Assembly: GCA_963827655.1 (NCBI GenBank)
Contig: CAWHCF010000040.1
Span: 10,472-74,471 of the forward strand
Direction: 5' to 3'
DNA length: 64,000 nt
Source of the DNA: an uncultured Acidobacteriota bacterium
GTDB lineage: Bacteria; Acidobacteriota; UBA6911
The first letter of the stretch is position 1, and the number at the start of each line of letters is the position of its first letter. Below, in pieces: positions 31,136 through 41,779 of the stretch. The notes under the pieces were generated by a model. That model was not told the DNA's origin. It searched no databases and saw only the letters and a program-made list of their open reading frames with translations. A program made the translations under genes and the position numbers.

Positions 31136-33491
31136 CCGAGGACAAGAGATTCAGGATAGCGAGCGCAACTTCCTTGGCGTGCTCGCGCGCTTCGCCGGCC
31201 GGCCCCACGCAGGATGGGCATCCTCTCTCGCATGCGCAAGCCGCAATCAAATCGCGTGCCTTTCCAAGCAGCAGCTCGTGCATGGCGAAGAGGGGTTCGC
31301 TAAAACCGATACCCCCCGGATAGGCATCGTAGAGGTACAGGTTCGGTTCAAAGAATTCTCCCGACGGCTCGCGCGCTTCGGAAGATTGCGGCGCGGCGCC
31401 GGTCGCGATCGGAGGCGCGCTTTCCCCGATGGTGGAGTCAAGATCGCGCCGGTCGCACATCAGGAGCAGGGTGGCAATGGTTTCCAGAGCGTAAAGCAAC
31501 CCGAACAGACCGGCCTGGCGCTCCGACCGGGAGAAAGGGAGCGATCCCAGAAGCGAATGCCGCAGCGTCAGCCAAAAGGCTGTTGTGTGCATTTCATTTT
31601 CCGGCAAGTCGAGCTTGCCCGACCCGATATTTTCCAGCGTGAAGAATTTGATCTTCTTGAACCCGACCACCCGGGAGCGCACCAGCACGTCCCCGTGCGC
31701 CTTCATTGCGGGACCCGGTAGTCCGGACGCGGCCGCGAGCTCCAGCACACGCACCTCGGTGTAGCGCACCGCTTGCGTAAAATGATCCACCCGCACGCGG
31801 CGCACGTAGGCCTTGCGCTGCTCGAAGTCCAGCCGTTCGACATGATACTGTTGGCCCTCGTGAATGTAGATTGCCTTGGGATGGACCGAGGAGAGCGCGC
31901 TCGAGAAATCGACTTCGCCGATTACCCGCGGGGTTTCGGTTTCATCGATGATAACAAAATTATCGGACGTTACGGCGCGCAGGCTGATGGCGTCGGCCGG
32001 ATACGACTCATTGGTCCAGTGCCAGAATTCACCACTGCGGTGAAGAAATCCAGCCTCAACCAGGTGCTCATAGATAGGCGACAGATCCATGTCGCCGAAA
32101 CGCTCGCCCGAGGCGAGCGGCAGCTCGAACGCCGCCGCCTTGAGATGATTCACGAGGATTTCGAGATTATCCGGCTGGATGAAAGCATGCTCGGGAGGGC
32201 TGCCGAAAAAGTAATCCGGGTGATTTATGATGAACTGATCGAGCGGCAACGACGAGGCTACCAGAACGGCGCACGACGCGCCCGTGCGGCGCCCCGCGCG
32301 TCCGGCGCGTTGCCAGGTTGACGCAATGGTGCCCGGATAGCCGGCCATCACCGAGACGTCGAGCGATCCGATATCAATGCCCAGCTCCAAGGCATTGGTC
32401 GCGACCACACCGCGAATGCTTCCCTCACGAAGACCACGTTCGATCTCCCGCCGTTCCAGCGGCAGGTAGCCGCCGCGATAACCGCGAATGGTGTCGGGCG
32501 CGCCCGGAGCCCTGGAAGCGGCTTCCTGCAGGTAGGTGAGGATAACTTCGGTATTGAGACGGCTGTTGGCAAACGTGATTGTTTGCAGTCCCCGGATGAG
32601 AAACTCCCTCGCCACCTTGGCGCTTTCATTGATGTAACTGCGTCGAATACCAAGATAACGATTCACGACCGGTGGATTGTAAAAGACGAAAAACTTCTCG
32701 CCCGCCGGGGCTCCATTGCGGTCGAGCACGGTGACATCCGCTTCCAGCAACCGCCTGGCCAGATCGTCGGGATTCGCGATGGTCGCCGAAGAGCAGATGA
32801 ACTGCAGTTCTTTCCCGTAAAAACGGGCGATCCGCCGCAGTCGCCTGAGCAGGTTGGTCACGTGGCTTCCGAAGACGCCACGGTAGGTATGAAGTTCGTC
32901 GAGAACCACGTACCGCAGGTTCTCAAACAAACGGGTCCACTTCGTGTGGTGCGGCAGGATTCCTGTGTGCAGCATGTCGGGATTGGTGATCACGATGTGG
33001 CCTTGCCGGCGGACGGCCTTGCGAGCGTCTCCAGACGTATCGCCATCGTAGGTGTAGACTCCCAATCCGGCGTCCAGGCGCCGACCAATGTCGTGGAGCT
33101 CCGCCAGCTGGTCCTGTGCGAGAGCCTTGGTCGGGAAGAGGTAGAGCGCGCGCGTGTCGGCATTCTCCAGAATGGCATTGATGACCGGCAGGTTGTAACA
33201 AAGGGTCTTTCCGGAAGAGGTGGGAGTAACTACGACGATGTTTTCGCCCCGCCGGACGCGCTCGGCCGCCTCGGCCTGGTGGGTGTAGAGGTGCTTCACT
33301 CCTTTATCCCGGTAGGCCTCGGCTAGTTCGGGCCGCACCCAGGCGGGCAGGGGAATCCATTCGGCCTCGCGGGCGGGAATATGCCGAACGGTTGTGACCT
33401 CATGGGGTTGGCCCGCGGAGGCGAGTTTCTCGACCATCTCTCGTAGACCAACGAGCGAAACATGTCGATGGGACACCGTCGAAGGGGGCAT
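31116..33491 (-). CDS. DEAH-box helicase with DUF1998 (MrfA/SftH/Hrq1-like)
   Basis: TPTSSGKT, DELH, SAT, QRAGRAGR, C-terminal CxCxxGCPSC. Confidence 0.92.
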   Translation of the reverse strand: MPPSTVSHRHVSLVGLREMVEKLASAGQPHEVTTVRHIPAREAEWIPLPAWVRPELAEAYRDKGVKHLYTHQAEAAERVRRGENIVVVTPTSSGKTLCYNLPVINAILENADTRALYLFPTKALAQDQLAELHDIGRRLDAGLGVYTYDGDTSGDARKAVRRQGHIVITNPDMLHTGILPHHTKWTRLFENLRYVVLDELHTYRGVFGSHVTNLLRRLRRIARFYGKELQFICSSATIANPDDLARRLLEADVTVLDRNGAPAGEKFFVFYNPPVVNRYLGIRRSYINESAKVAREFLIRGLQTITFANSRLNTEVILTYLQEAASRAPGAPDTIRGYRGGYLPLERREIERGLREGSIRGVVATNALELGIDIGSLDVSVMAGYPGTIASTWQRAGRAGRRTGASCAVLVASSLPLDQFIINHPDYFFGSPPEHAFIQPDNLEILVNHLKAAAFELPLASGERFGDMDLSPIYEHLVEAGFLHRSGEFWHWTNESYPADAISLRAVTSDNFVIIDETETPRVIGEVDFSSALSSVHPKAIYIHEGQQYHVERLDFEQRKAYVRRVRVDHFTQAVRYTEVRVLELAAASGLPGPAMKAHGDVLVRSRVVGFKKIKFFTLENIGSGKLDLPENEMHTTAFWLTLRHSLLGSLPFSRSERQAGLFGLLYALETIATLLLMCDRRDLDSTIGESAPPIATGAAPQSSEAREPSGEFFEPNLYLYDAYPGGIGFSEPLFAMHELLLGKARDLIAACACERGCPSCVGPAGEAREHAKEVALAILNLLSSDAHTTR

Positions 33492-33603
33492 GGGGCTTCA
33501 CCGTTTATTCACCGGGAGACTAACACGATTGGCGCGGCGAAGCAAATACCTCTAGGACGCAAAGGCGACGAAGAAACACCAAGAATCTTTGCAAAACCCA
33601 AAC

Positions 33604-34173
33604 CTAGTGGTAGCGCAGTTTGTCGTGACTGTGCTCGTGAGGTTCTGGTTGGGCAGGCTTCGTCTGTTCGAGCTCTTCGGGCGTCAGGGCGGGCAAGTGC
33701 CTGATGAACGAGACCAGCTGCCAGATCTCTTCGGGACTGTCCTCTCCGCCCCAGCCGGGCATGCCGGTGAAGCGAATGCCGATCGAGATTATGTAAAAGA
33801 GCTCACCATCTGAACGCTGCTGCGTATCAGGTGCAGCCATATCGGGCGCCTTGGGATAGAGGTTGCGTCCGATGGCCTCATACCCCGGCCATCCGGACCG
33901 TGACAGACTGCGCAGTGGTCTTGAAAATGGCCGCCGTGACGCGCCAGGCGCCGGATCGCCGGCGAGCGGGTTCGTCTGATTCTTTACGCCGGCCGGTATC
34001 GACAGGCTGTGGAGCCGTGTCGCGATGAATTGTTCGAAGGCGCTGGGTTGGGCGCGCAGAGAACCTCTCCGAGCCATTAACCACCGCTGCCCGCTGCAAC
34101 GACAAAATGTTACCGATAAAATGAATGACAAATGACCAATGACGAATGAATTGGTCATCTCATCATTTCTCAT
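33604..34173 (-). CDS. Monoheme cytochrome c (frameshifted)
   Basis: HCAVCHG encoded in an alternate frame near 33900-33920; LYPKAPD, SDGELFYII..GIRFTGMP. Confidence 0.7.
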   Translation of the reverse strand: MRNDEMTNSFVIGHLSFILSVTFCRCSGQRWLMARRGSLRAQPSAFEQFIATRLHSLSIPAGVKNQTNPLAGDPAPGASRRPFSRPLRSLSRSGWPGYEAIGRNLYPKAPDMAAPDTQQRSDGELFYIISIGIRFTGMPGWGGEDSPEEIWQLVSFIRHLPALTPEELEQTKPAQPEPHEHSHDKLRYH

Positions 34174-34206
34174 TTGTCATTGAGACCGGGCCAAGACCAA
34201 AGGACT

Positions 34207-35166
34207 CTATTTCAGCTGTTCTTTCGCTGCCCGCGCAACTTCATCGTGCCGGGCAAACCAAACGCCTTTCCTCGACTTGATATGCTGGACCAGTTTATCG
34301 AGTATGACGATGCGCGACCGGTGTCCGATGACATGAGGGTGCATCGTGAGCAGGAAGAGAGTTCCTTCGTCGTATGCGAGGTCAAACTCTTTCTTCCAGA
34401 TGTCAAAGACATCTTCGGGGGAGATGTGAGGCCGGACCGTGGAGAAGCGGCTCATGCCAAAGTAGGGGTAGTCGTCCAGGATCCATTCCACTGGAAGCTC
34501 GATTACGCCGGTTCGCTTCCCTTCGTGCAAAACTTCATAGGGACGGTCATCTGCCATCAAGCTGCTATCGTAGAGCAGTCCGAGTTCGCGGATGATCTTG
34601 ATCGTGTACGGGCTGTAGTCCCAGGAGGGAGTGCGCACGCCCACGGGGTGCTGGCCGCTAATCTCCGCCAGCGTGGCCGCGGCCTGCTTCATCAACTGTC
34701 GTTCCTGGTCTTCGGTCAAGAGTGAATTGCGCTCGTGAATCCACCCGTGAATGCCGATCTCGTGTCCCCGGGTTGTGATCTGCTTGATAGAGTCGGGATA
34801 GAGTTTGGCTACGATAGCAGGCACGAAGAAGCTGGCCTTGATCTGGTACTTGTCGAGCAGCGTCAATATTCGACCCAGGGCTACGCGACTGCCGTACTCT
34901 CCCTGCGACAGCTCCGATGGACTCTGGGCATTGTCCCGGAGCGAGGGGGTCTCGTTGTCGAGATCGAAACTGAGCGCGACTGCCACCCGGTTATTGCCAG
35001 GCCACGTTTTCGGTGTCAGGTCTTTTCCCGCTCGGACCTTGCCAACCACGCTCTGAACCTTTTCCCAGCTCCACTGCCAGGGCGGAGGCTCTCCCGTTTG
35101 GCCGGGAGGCGGGGTTTGGGAGAATGCCAGAGCAGTCGAAGCGGTCAGGGCGATGTATTTGATCAT
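34207..35166 (-). CDS. Polysaccharide deacetylase (PgdA/PuuE-like) with signal peptide
   Basis: LSFDLD, HEIGIHGWIHE, RTPSW, YDSSLM, LTMHPHVIG. Confidence 0.88.
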   Translation of the reverse strand: MIKYIALTASTALAFSQTPPPGQTGEPPPWQWSWEKVQSVVGKVRAGKDLTPKTWPGNNRVAVALSFDLDNETPSLRDNAQSPSELSQGEYGSRVALGRILTLLDKYQIKASFFVPAIVAKLYPDSIKQITTRGHEIGIHGWIHERNSLLTEDQERQLMKQAAATLAEISGQHPVGVRTPSWDYSPYTIKIIRELGLLYDSSLMADDRPYEVLHEGKRTGVIELPVEWILDDYPYFGMSRFSTVRPHISPEDVFDIWKKEFDLAYDEGTLFLLTMHPHVIGHRSRIVILDKLVQHIKSRKGVWFARHDEVARAAKEQLK

Positions 35167-35346
35167 GGGTCTCCTCCACGAAGAGATCGAATTTCAGGGC
35201 AGGCTGATTATACGCAAGGTTCATGGTATTGCTTAGCGCCTTCGCGGCTCTGAAAAAACTATTCTTCCGCCAACCTGAAACAGCACGAAACGCTTGATCT
35301 ATCCGATCATCGGGACTACCCTCCTCCCTGCGATGAAGGAGAACAA

Positions 35347-36129
35347 TTGATGGCCGAGGAGACAGGCAGTCTGGCGGTGTTCATCGATTTCGAGAACCTG
35401 GCCCTTGGGTTTCGCGGAAAGAAGAAGCGGACGTTCGAGATCAAAAAGGTCCTGGAGCGTCTGGTGGAAAAAGGGAAGATCGTGGTCAAGAAGGCCTACG
35501 CGGACTGGGGGCGTTTCTCGGAATACACACGACCCTTGCACGAGGAAGGGATCGAGCTCATTGAGATCCCGCACAGATCTCAGACAGGAAAGAATTCGGC
35601 CGACATACGGCTGTGCGTGGATGCGATGGATCTGGCCTGGGCGAAAGAGCACATCACCAGTTTTGTAATCGTCTCCGGCGACAGCGACTTTTCTCCCCTG
35701 GTTTCCAAACTGAAAGAGAACGGGAAGCATGTCATCGGTCTGGGGATGAAAGAGTCGACGTCGGATATGCTGCGCGATAGCTGCGATGAATTTATTTACT
35801 ACGAAGACATCGAGCGAGGCCGAACGGCGCCGGTCAAACTGCAGTCCGAAGGGCTTTCAGAGCGGCAGCGGGAAGCATTCTCCATTCTGATGGAATCGAT
35901 CGTGGCTCTGATCCGCGAAAACAAAGAAATACTCTGGCCTTCCATGATCAAGAGCACCATTCGCCGAAAGCGACCGGTTTTCGATGAATCGTACTACGGA
36001 TACCGCACGTTCAGCGCTTTGCTGGAGGATGCCCAGAAGCATGGCCTGATCGAGCTGCGCACGGATCCGCGGCGCGGGTCTTACGTGGTGCCAGATCTGG
36101 GCAAAGACTCTCGCGAACAGGAAAGGTGA
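35347..36129 (+). CDS. NYN (LabA/DUF88) domain protein with OST-HTH/LOTUS domain
   Basis: FIDFEN, KNSADI, SGDSDF, CDEFIYY, FDESYYGY. Confidence 0.88.
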   Translation: MMAEETGSLAVFIDFENLALGFRGKKKRTFEIKKVLERLVEKGKIVVKKAYADWGRFSEYTRPLHEEGIELIEIPHRSQTGKNSADIRLCVDAMDLAWAKEHITSFVIVSGDSDFSPLVSKLKENGKHVIGLGMKESTSDMLRDSCDEFIYYEDIERGRTAPVKLQSEGLSERQREAFSILMESIVALIRENKEILWPSMIKSTIRRKRPVFDESYYGYRTFSALLEDAQKHGLIELRTDPRRGSYVVPDLGKDSREQER

Positions 36130-36172
36130 TCGCTGGCAGCAAAGGCGTCAAGGCGTAAACGAAAGGAGCGTC

Positions 36173-36961
36173 ATGAAAGTGTTTGGGAAGCTGGTATTGC
36201 TCGTCGCTGTCGTTGTCGTGTTCGCTCCGGCAAGTTCCTCCCAGGGGGAACAGAAACTGCTATTTCTGACTCATTCCGCCGGGTTCAAACACGCCGTCAT
36301 TCCGCTTGCAGAAAAGATCATGCCGGAGATTGGGAAGAGCCTGGGAGGCTTCCAGACTACTGTCACGCAAGACTGCTCGGTGATCAATGAGAGCAACCTG
36401 AGGAATTACAGCGCAGTGATGTTCTATACCACGGGTGAACTTCCCATCAGTGAGGAAGGAAAGAAGGCGCTGCTCGACTTCGTCAAGAGCGGAAAGGGGT
36501 TTGTCGGTGTTCACTCGGCCACGGATACTTTCTACAAGTGGCCCGAGTATGGCGAGATGATTGCAGGTTATTTCGACCGACATCCCTGGCACACTGACGT
36601 GACCGTCCGGGTCGAAGATCGGTCATTCCCCGCCACGGCTCATCTGGGAGAGTCTTTCAAGATCAAGGATGAAATCTATCAGTTCAAGAACTGGTCGAGA
36701 GAAAAGACTCACGTCCTGCTCAGCCTGGATCCCAACTCCGTCGACCTGAATGCCAAAGACGTCCATCGAACTGACAAGGACTTCGCGCTTGCCTGGGCAC
36801 ATCCATACGGGAAGGGCAGGGTCTTCTATTCCGCCCTGGGGCATCGCGACGAGGTGTGGCAGGACGAGCGCTTTCAGAAATTTCTCGTGAATGGCATCTT
36901 GTGGGCGATGGGGGTAAAGAAGAGCGAAGTCAAGATCGGAAATCCTCAGCCGTCGCGCTGA
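36173..36961 (+). CDS. ThuA-like (class I glutamine amidotransferase-like) exported protein
   Basis: GFKH, GFVGVHSATD, GRVFYSALGH. Confidence 0.85.
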   Translation: MKVFGKLVLLVAVVVVFAPASSSQGEQKLLFLTHSAGFKHAVIPLAEKIMPEIGKSLGGFQTTVTQDCSVINESNLRNYSAVMFYTTGELPISEEGKKALLDFVKSGKGFVGVHSATDTFYKWPEYGEMIAGYFDRHPWHTDVTVRVEDRSFPATAHLGESFKIKDEIYQFKNWSREKTHVLLSLDPNSVDLNAKDVHRTDKDFALAWAHPYGKGRVFYSALGHRDEVWQDERFQKFLVNGILWAMGVKKSEVKIGNPQPSR

Positions 36962-37024
36962 TCTCAATCTGAACCAGTGGCTCCCCCAACATACTCTAGA
37001 TAAAAGTACGAGGCGACTACTCCT

Positions 37025-38243
37025 ATGCTCAAAGGCCGGATTTCTCGAATTCTGTTCTTTATACCGCTGTTCTTGCTGCTACGCTCGTTTCCCCTCTGGG
37101 CTCACGGCGACAAGGTGATTCCGCAAGTGTTCGACGGGGGCGGGGTTGGTCGCACCAAGTTCGATCTCACCAATTTGAGTCCCGAGTTTCCCATCACCAA
37201 GGTAAGTGTTCTGTTCTTCCGCCAGGATGGCAGCCCCTGGTCCGTAACCACCAATCAAGGTACCGGGACCAGCTTCAATCTGAACATCGGTCCGTTCCAG
37301 ACGATCCGAATCGAGACCACGGGCGCGAGCCCAAGCTTGACGGTCGGGTATGCGATCGTTCGAAACACGGAGCGCACCACACAATTTGCCGAGGACTTCG
37401 AAGTGGCTATCACGGTGTTTTTTGAAATTCTCAATGGGCCGAATGTGGTCGACACCGTCAGCGTTCCGGTTGGTCAGCCTACCGTTTCATTCGCATTTCC
37501 CGTGGAGATGGACAATGCCGTCAATCTGTTCACGGGGTTCGCCATTGTGAACCTCACCGACGCCGACAACAACGTCGCGCTCACGCTCTATGAGTCCACG
37601 ACCTCCGGAAGCAGCGATCCCTCCGCCCGATTCGGGAATGGTGAATCTCACGCTGAACTCGCGACAGCAAAGAGCGCAGTTTCTCAACGAGAGCAACCTC
37701 TTCCCGACCAGGACGAAATTCAAGGGCATGTTGCTTGGCTTTGCCTCCGGGCCGGTTGCCATTCTTGCGCTGCTTCAGACCGGCACGCCCTTTGGTGTTC
37801 AGTTCGCCACGCTGGTGCCTGCGTATCAGGATGCCCTGCGGCGGAACACGCACATGTACCTGCAGCAGGGCCTCCCGCTCGATGCGGATCTCCCGATATC
37901 GGACTATACGGGCAACACCGAGGACAGCGCACCATGGGATATCCTTTACGAGACCCTGAATCCCACGACGCGGCGGCTTGCCCCCCAGGGGAGCGCGATG
38001 GTTGCCCCGATCGGCTTGCGCAGTGACAACCAGTTCGACAACGAAGTCACTCTGGAGTTCCTGCAGGGGCTGACATACAGCTCGACGCCCATCGATATGA
38101 GCAACGGCTCTCCGAACCTGGCAAGCGGCTTTACCTTCGCCATTCAGACCGGACTGAAGCGCTTTGTCAAAGTCCGGGTTTCCGTGTTCGTTACACAGGT
38201 GAATGACCGGCACCTGGTCCTGGAGATGGAAGTGTACCGGTAG
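37025..38243 (+). CDS. Exported hypothetical protein (frameshift near 37620)
   Basis: Signal peptide; IPQVFDG and TGFAIVN motifs; continues in ORF 37590-38243. Confidence 0.6.
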
Positions 38244-38468
38244 GATTTACGATTGACGATTTACGATTGACGATTGAAATAGCGGAGTCCACAATCATCC
38301 GCTTCAATCGGCAATCGTCAATCGTAAATCGTCAATCCTAAGTCAGCCGGCCAGGTTTTGGAGATGGAGGTTTACCGGTAGCGGATTTTACCATTGACGA
38401 TTTTGGCGGGCGGTTATTGTCGACTCTGCAGTTCAATCGTCAATCGTCAATCGTCAATCGTCAATCGT
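38244..38468. repeat. Two inverted heptamer-repeat hairpins (GATTGAC/GATTTAC versus AATCGTC)
   Basis: GATTTAC GATTGAC GATTTAC GATTGAC ... AATCGGC AATCGTC AATCGTA AATCGTC; second set at 38384-38468. Confidence 0.85.
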
Positions 38469-38967
38469 CGTCGGCCAGGTCGCGAAGGATCGATGGCGTC
38501 AGAAGCCATACCATCGTGCCGCGGGGTTGGGGAATCAAAGTTTCAAGGTCTATCGCGCAGCCTCCCCCTTTCTTGAGCTCAACATAACTTTCCGCCGAGC
38601 CCCAGGCGATCTCGCCGGCTATTTCTCCCAGAGAAGGCTGGTGGCCTACAAGCATCAACTCGTCTTCGTCCTTGAAGGACTGAATCGCTTTGTAGACGTC
38701 AGGTCTCTTTCCTGAAGGTGAAAGCGCCTGAAGTTGCTTGAGGTTGGTTTTCGAACCGAGAACTTTGCCGACGATTTCGGCTGTCTGCCACGCTCTTGGC
38801 AAAGGGCTGCTCAATATTGTCCGCGGCGTGATCCCCAATTGGTTCAGACCCGCCGCAGCCTTCTTCATTTTTTTGATGCCGTCAGGAGTCAGGGGCCGGT
38901 CATTCTCCGCCACTCCGCTGGTTCCGTGAGGGACCGCGATGGCGTGGCGGACGATGTATAGTCGCAT
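38461..38967 (-). CDS. sixA: Phosphohistidine phosphatase SixA
   Basis: LYIVRHA, RPLT, SSPL.RA.QTA, LVGHQP. Confidence 0.9.
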   Translation of the reverse strand: MRLYIVRHAIAVPHGTSGVAENDRPLTPDGIKKMKKAAAGLNQLGITPRTILSSPLPRAWQTAEIVGKVLGSKTNLKQLQALSPSGKRPDVYKAIQSFKDEDELMLVGHQPSLGEIAGEIAWGSAESYVELKKGGGCAIDLETLIPQPRGTMVWLLTPSILRDLADDD

Positions 38968-38968
38968 G

Positions 38969-39994
38969 CTATCCCTCGACCTTTTGAGTCGGCTCGGCCT
39001 CGACGGAAACCGGAGAGGATTCATCGGTTTGAAGCATCGCCCGCAATGCTGCTTGAAGCTGGGTCAGGGCGGGCAGCATCTTCTTCCTTAGTTCGGCCCT
39101 CTGATCTTGCGCCTGTGACAGAAGCCTGCCGAGTTGAAAGGCCAGATGAGTAGTCTCTTGTTTCGTGAGCCGGCGAATTTCCTTCTGCAGGGTCTCACGA
39201 AGGACAGACCAGTCGTGGTAATGACCACCGGCGTCCTGCAGCGCTCGCGCGAGCGCGATCTCCTTATCCAGCCCGGAAGGAAATGCCGGACTGAAGATCT
39301 CTAACCCGTAACGAAGTTTCTTGGCGGCGATTCGCAGGTCGTGAAGTTGCTGATCCGTGGCCCCGCGGAAATCGTAACGCGCGCGGAACGAGAGGATGGG
39401 AGCCGAGAGTTCTTCCAGGACACGCCGGCCTCTTCCGGTCGGCTCCTGCTGCAACCGAAACAAACTAAGTTGAGGAGCATTGCCGCGCTTCGCGGCAGGC
39501 CGGCCGCCGGCGTTGGGGAGCGAACCTTCAAGGTCCTCGAAAGGACCTAAGTTTGACAAAAGGAATTGGGTCTTCGAACGGAGCTCGCGCAGATTGATTT
39601 CACGTAAACTCTTTTTGAGTTTCCGCTTCCGTTTCTGGAGTGTCTTTTGAAAGCGCTGTTCCAGATACTCGCGGCAGAGGTTTTCAGCCATGTCGCCCGA
39701 ACCGGTTTGTTCCTTCAGGAGGGACAACGAAACCTCGGTTTCCCGGGCTTTCCCCAGAGCCTTCGTTACCTGGCGCGCGCGGCTGTAGACGGCGTTCCAG
39801 GGATGAGGAGGAAAAAGGTCTTTGAAAGCTTCCAGCGCCGCTCGCATCCGGCGTGATTGGACGCGGGTGTCATGAATCGATTCTTCGTCGGGGCGCCGTT
39901 TGAGGCGGGTCAGTTCTTCGACCAGGGAACCCATGCGCTCACGCAAGATCATGCGCGCAAGAGCCTCCTCGAGTTCTTCCGGGAATGGTTTCAT
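38969..39994 (-). CDS. CHAD domain (polyphosphate-binding) protein
   Basis: IHDTRVQSRRMRA, LHDLRIAAKKLRY, LQDAGGHYHD. Confidence 0.88.
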   Translation of the reverse strand: MKPFPEELEEALARMILRERMGSLVEELTRLKRRPDEESIHDTRVQSRRMRAALEAFKDLFPPHPWNAVYSRARQVTKALGKARETEVSLSLLKEQTGSGDMAENLCREYLEQRFQKTLQKRKRKLKKSLREINLRELRSKTQFLLSNLGPFEDLEGSLPNAGGRPAAKRGNAPQLSLFRLQQEPTGRGRRVLEELSAPILSFRARYDFRGATDQQLHDLRIAAKKLRYGLEIFSPAFPSGLDKEIALARALQDAGGHYHDWSVLRETLQKEIRRLTKQETTHLAFQLGRLLSQAQDQRAELRKKMLPALTQLQAALRAMLQTDESSPVSVEAEPTQKVEG

Positions 39995-40125
39995 GTTCAA
40001 TTCACAAACGTGAAAAAGTCTTGTAACATCATCGGTGGCTGCTGACAAGAAAGTTTCGTGAAATAAAGAGATTTTTAACCTTTCTTTCGCTTTTGCGGCT
40101 ATTCTACCTTCGAAACGGAAAAAAC

Positions 40126-41706
40126 ATGAGAGTTGCAGCTATCGATCTGGGATCAAACTCCTTCCACATGCTTGTGGCGGAAATCCTGGGACCGAACTCG
40201 TTCGAAACCGTGCTGCAGGACAAGATGATGATCCAGCTGGGCAAAACCGCCCTGGTAACCGGACGGCTGGATCCTCAAGCCATGGAGCGGGGCCTGCGCT
40301 GCCTCGACGAGTTTCGGCGCATGGCTCTGGCCCGCAGGGTGGATCGCACCCTCGCCGTCGCTACCAGCGCCATCCGTGAGGCCGAGAACGGAGAGGAATT
40401 TCTGCGCCGGGCGCGCGAGGAAAGCGGACTCTCGGTTCGTCTGATCTCGGGTCGGGAAGAGGCGCGCCTGATCCACCTGGCGGTTTCACGGCACGTGGAT
40501 CTGCGTGAGAAAGCCTTGCTGATCGACATTGGAGGCGGGAGCGTGGAGCTGACGGTCGCCGATGCCTCCAGAATCTACTACTCCACCAGCGTAAAACTGG
40601 GCTTCTTGCGTCTGCAAGGAAGGTTCGTGTCCTCCGATCCAATGACCAAGCGGGAGGGTCGGGCGCTGACATCATTTGTGCGTGACTCGCTGCAGCATCC
40701 GTTCGTGGCCATCCGCAAGCACTCGCCGGGTTTGGTGGTCGGCACGAGCGGCTCCATCACCTCGTTGCTCCGGCTGGCTCAGCAGCGGCGGGGCGAGTCG
40801 GCAGGGGCGAGCGGTGGATCGTCCGAAGTAACCCGCGACGAGTTGAAAGCAATCCTGGCGGACCTTTTAAAGCTTCCGGCCGTGGATCGGGCCAGAAAGT
40901 TCGATCTCGATCCGCTCCGGTCGGAGTACCTGGCCACCGCTCTGGTCTGCCTGGATGGGATACTGGAAGGGGCCGAGATGAAGGCTCTCCAGGTGTGCCA
41001 GGTGGCTCTGAGAGAGGGCCTGATCTACGATTTCATGAGTCGCGCCACACCTGTGTCGGCGGCGCCGCGCGCCGATGGCGATCTGCGCTTTCGCGCCATC
41101 GTCGATCTGGCCAGCCGCTGCGACTACCCCATCGATCACTCGCACCGGGTGGCATCGGTTGCGGTGCAGATCTTCCGCCAGACGACCCATCTCCATGGTC
41201 TGGCGGAAAAGGAAGAACGTCTGCTCGAGTACGCTTGCATCTTGCACGACATCGGCTACCACATCGGTTATTCCAAGCACCACAAGCACGCCTATTATCT
41301 TGTCATGAATTGCGATCTGCGCGGGTTCAGCCCTGAGGAGAGGAGCATTCTGGCAAATCTGGTGCGTTATCACAGGCGAGCCCAGCCGAAGAACAAGCAC
41401 CGTGCTTTCGCCGATTTGCCCGCCAGGGCGCGAAAGATCGTGAAGTATCTCACGTCGATTCTCCGCATTGCCGACGGCCTGGACATGAGTCATTTCTCGG
41501 TCGTGGACGAAATCAAGTGCACGGCGGCGAGAAAGAAGATCAATTTTCAGTTGACGGCGAATGCAAACTATTCCGACGCCGAGCTCGATTTATGGGCGGC
41601 CAAGAAGCACGCGCGTTATTTCGAAAAGTTGTTCAACGTGGAGACCCATTTTGCCGCGCGCACTCCGGCGCGGCGCGTCGTGGCCGAACAGCGCCGCGTT
41701 TCGTAG
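40126..41706 (+). CDS. ppx: Ppx/GppA phosphatase with HD domain
   Basis: AAIDLGSNS, ATSAIREA, DIGGGS, LHDIG. Confidence 0.9.
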   Translation: MRVAAIDLGSNSFHMLVAEILGPNSFETVLQDKMMIQLGKTALVTGRLDPQAMERGLRCLDEFRRMALARRVDRTLAVATSAIREAENGEEFLRRAREESGLSVRLISGREEARLIHLAVSRHVDLREKALLIDIGGGSVELTVADASRIYYSTSVKLGFLRLQGRFVSSDPMTKREGRALTSFVRDSLQHPFVAIRKHSPGLVVGTSGSITSLLRLAQQRRGESAGASGGSSEVTRDELKAILADLLKLPAVDRARKFDLDPLRSEYLATALVCLDGILEGAEMKALQVCQVALREGLIYDFMSRATPVSAAPRADGDLRFRAIVDLASRCDYPIDHSHRVASVAVQIFRQTTHLHGLAEKEERLLEYACILHDIGYHIGYSKHHKHAYYLVMNCDLRGFSPEERSILANLVRYHRRAQPKNKHRAFADLPARARKIVKYLTSILRIADGLDMSHFSVVDEIKCTAARKKINFQLTANANYSDAELDLWAAKKHARYFEKLFNVETHFAARTPARRVVAEQRRVS

Positions 41707-41779
41707 CGTCTTCGTGTCTTGGCGGTGGATGTTGCGTCAGTCGCTCACCGCCAGAATGCCAGCGTGAGATTCAGAATCG

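Noticed and set aside
29867-33491. DUF1998 helicase as a DISARM or Druantia defence system
   Set aside because: Its partner is a YprB exonuclease, the known MrfAB repair pair; no DNA methylase, PLD or other drm genes are adjacent.
38221-38381. VR/TR pair of a diversity-generating retroelement
   Set aside because: Too short, the differences are synonymous and not adenine-specific, and no reverse transcriptase is present.
39995-40125. Pho boxes in the ppx/CHAD divergent spacer
   Set aside because: TTCACA and GTAACA lie 22 bp apart but the match is too weak to call without a matrix.
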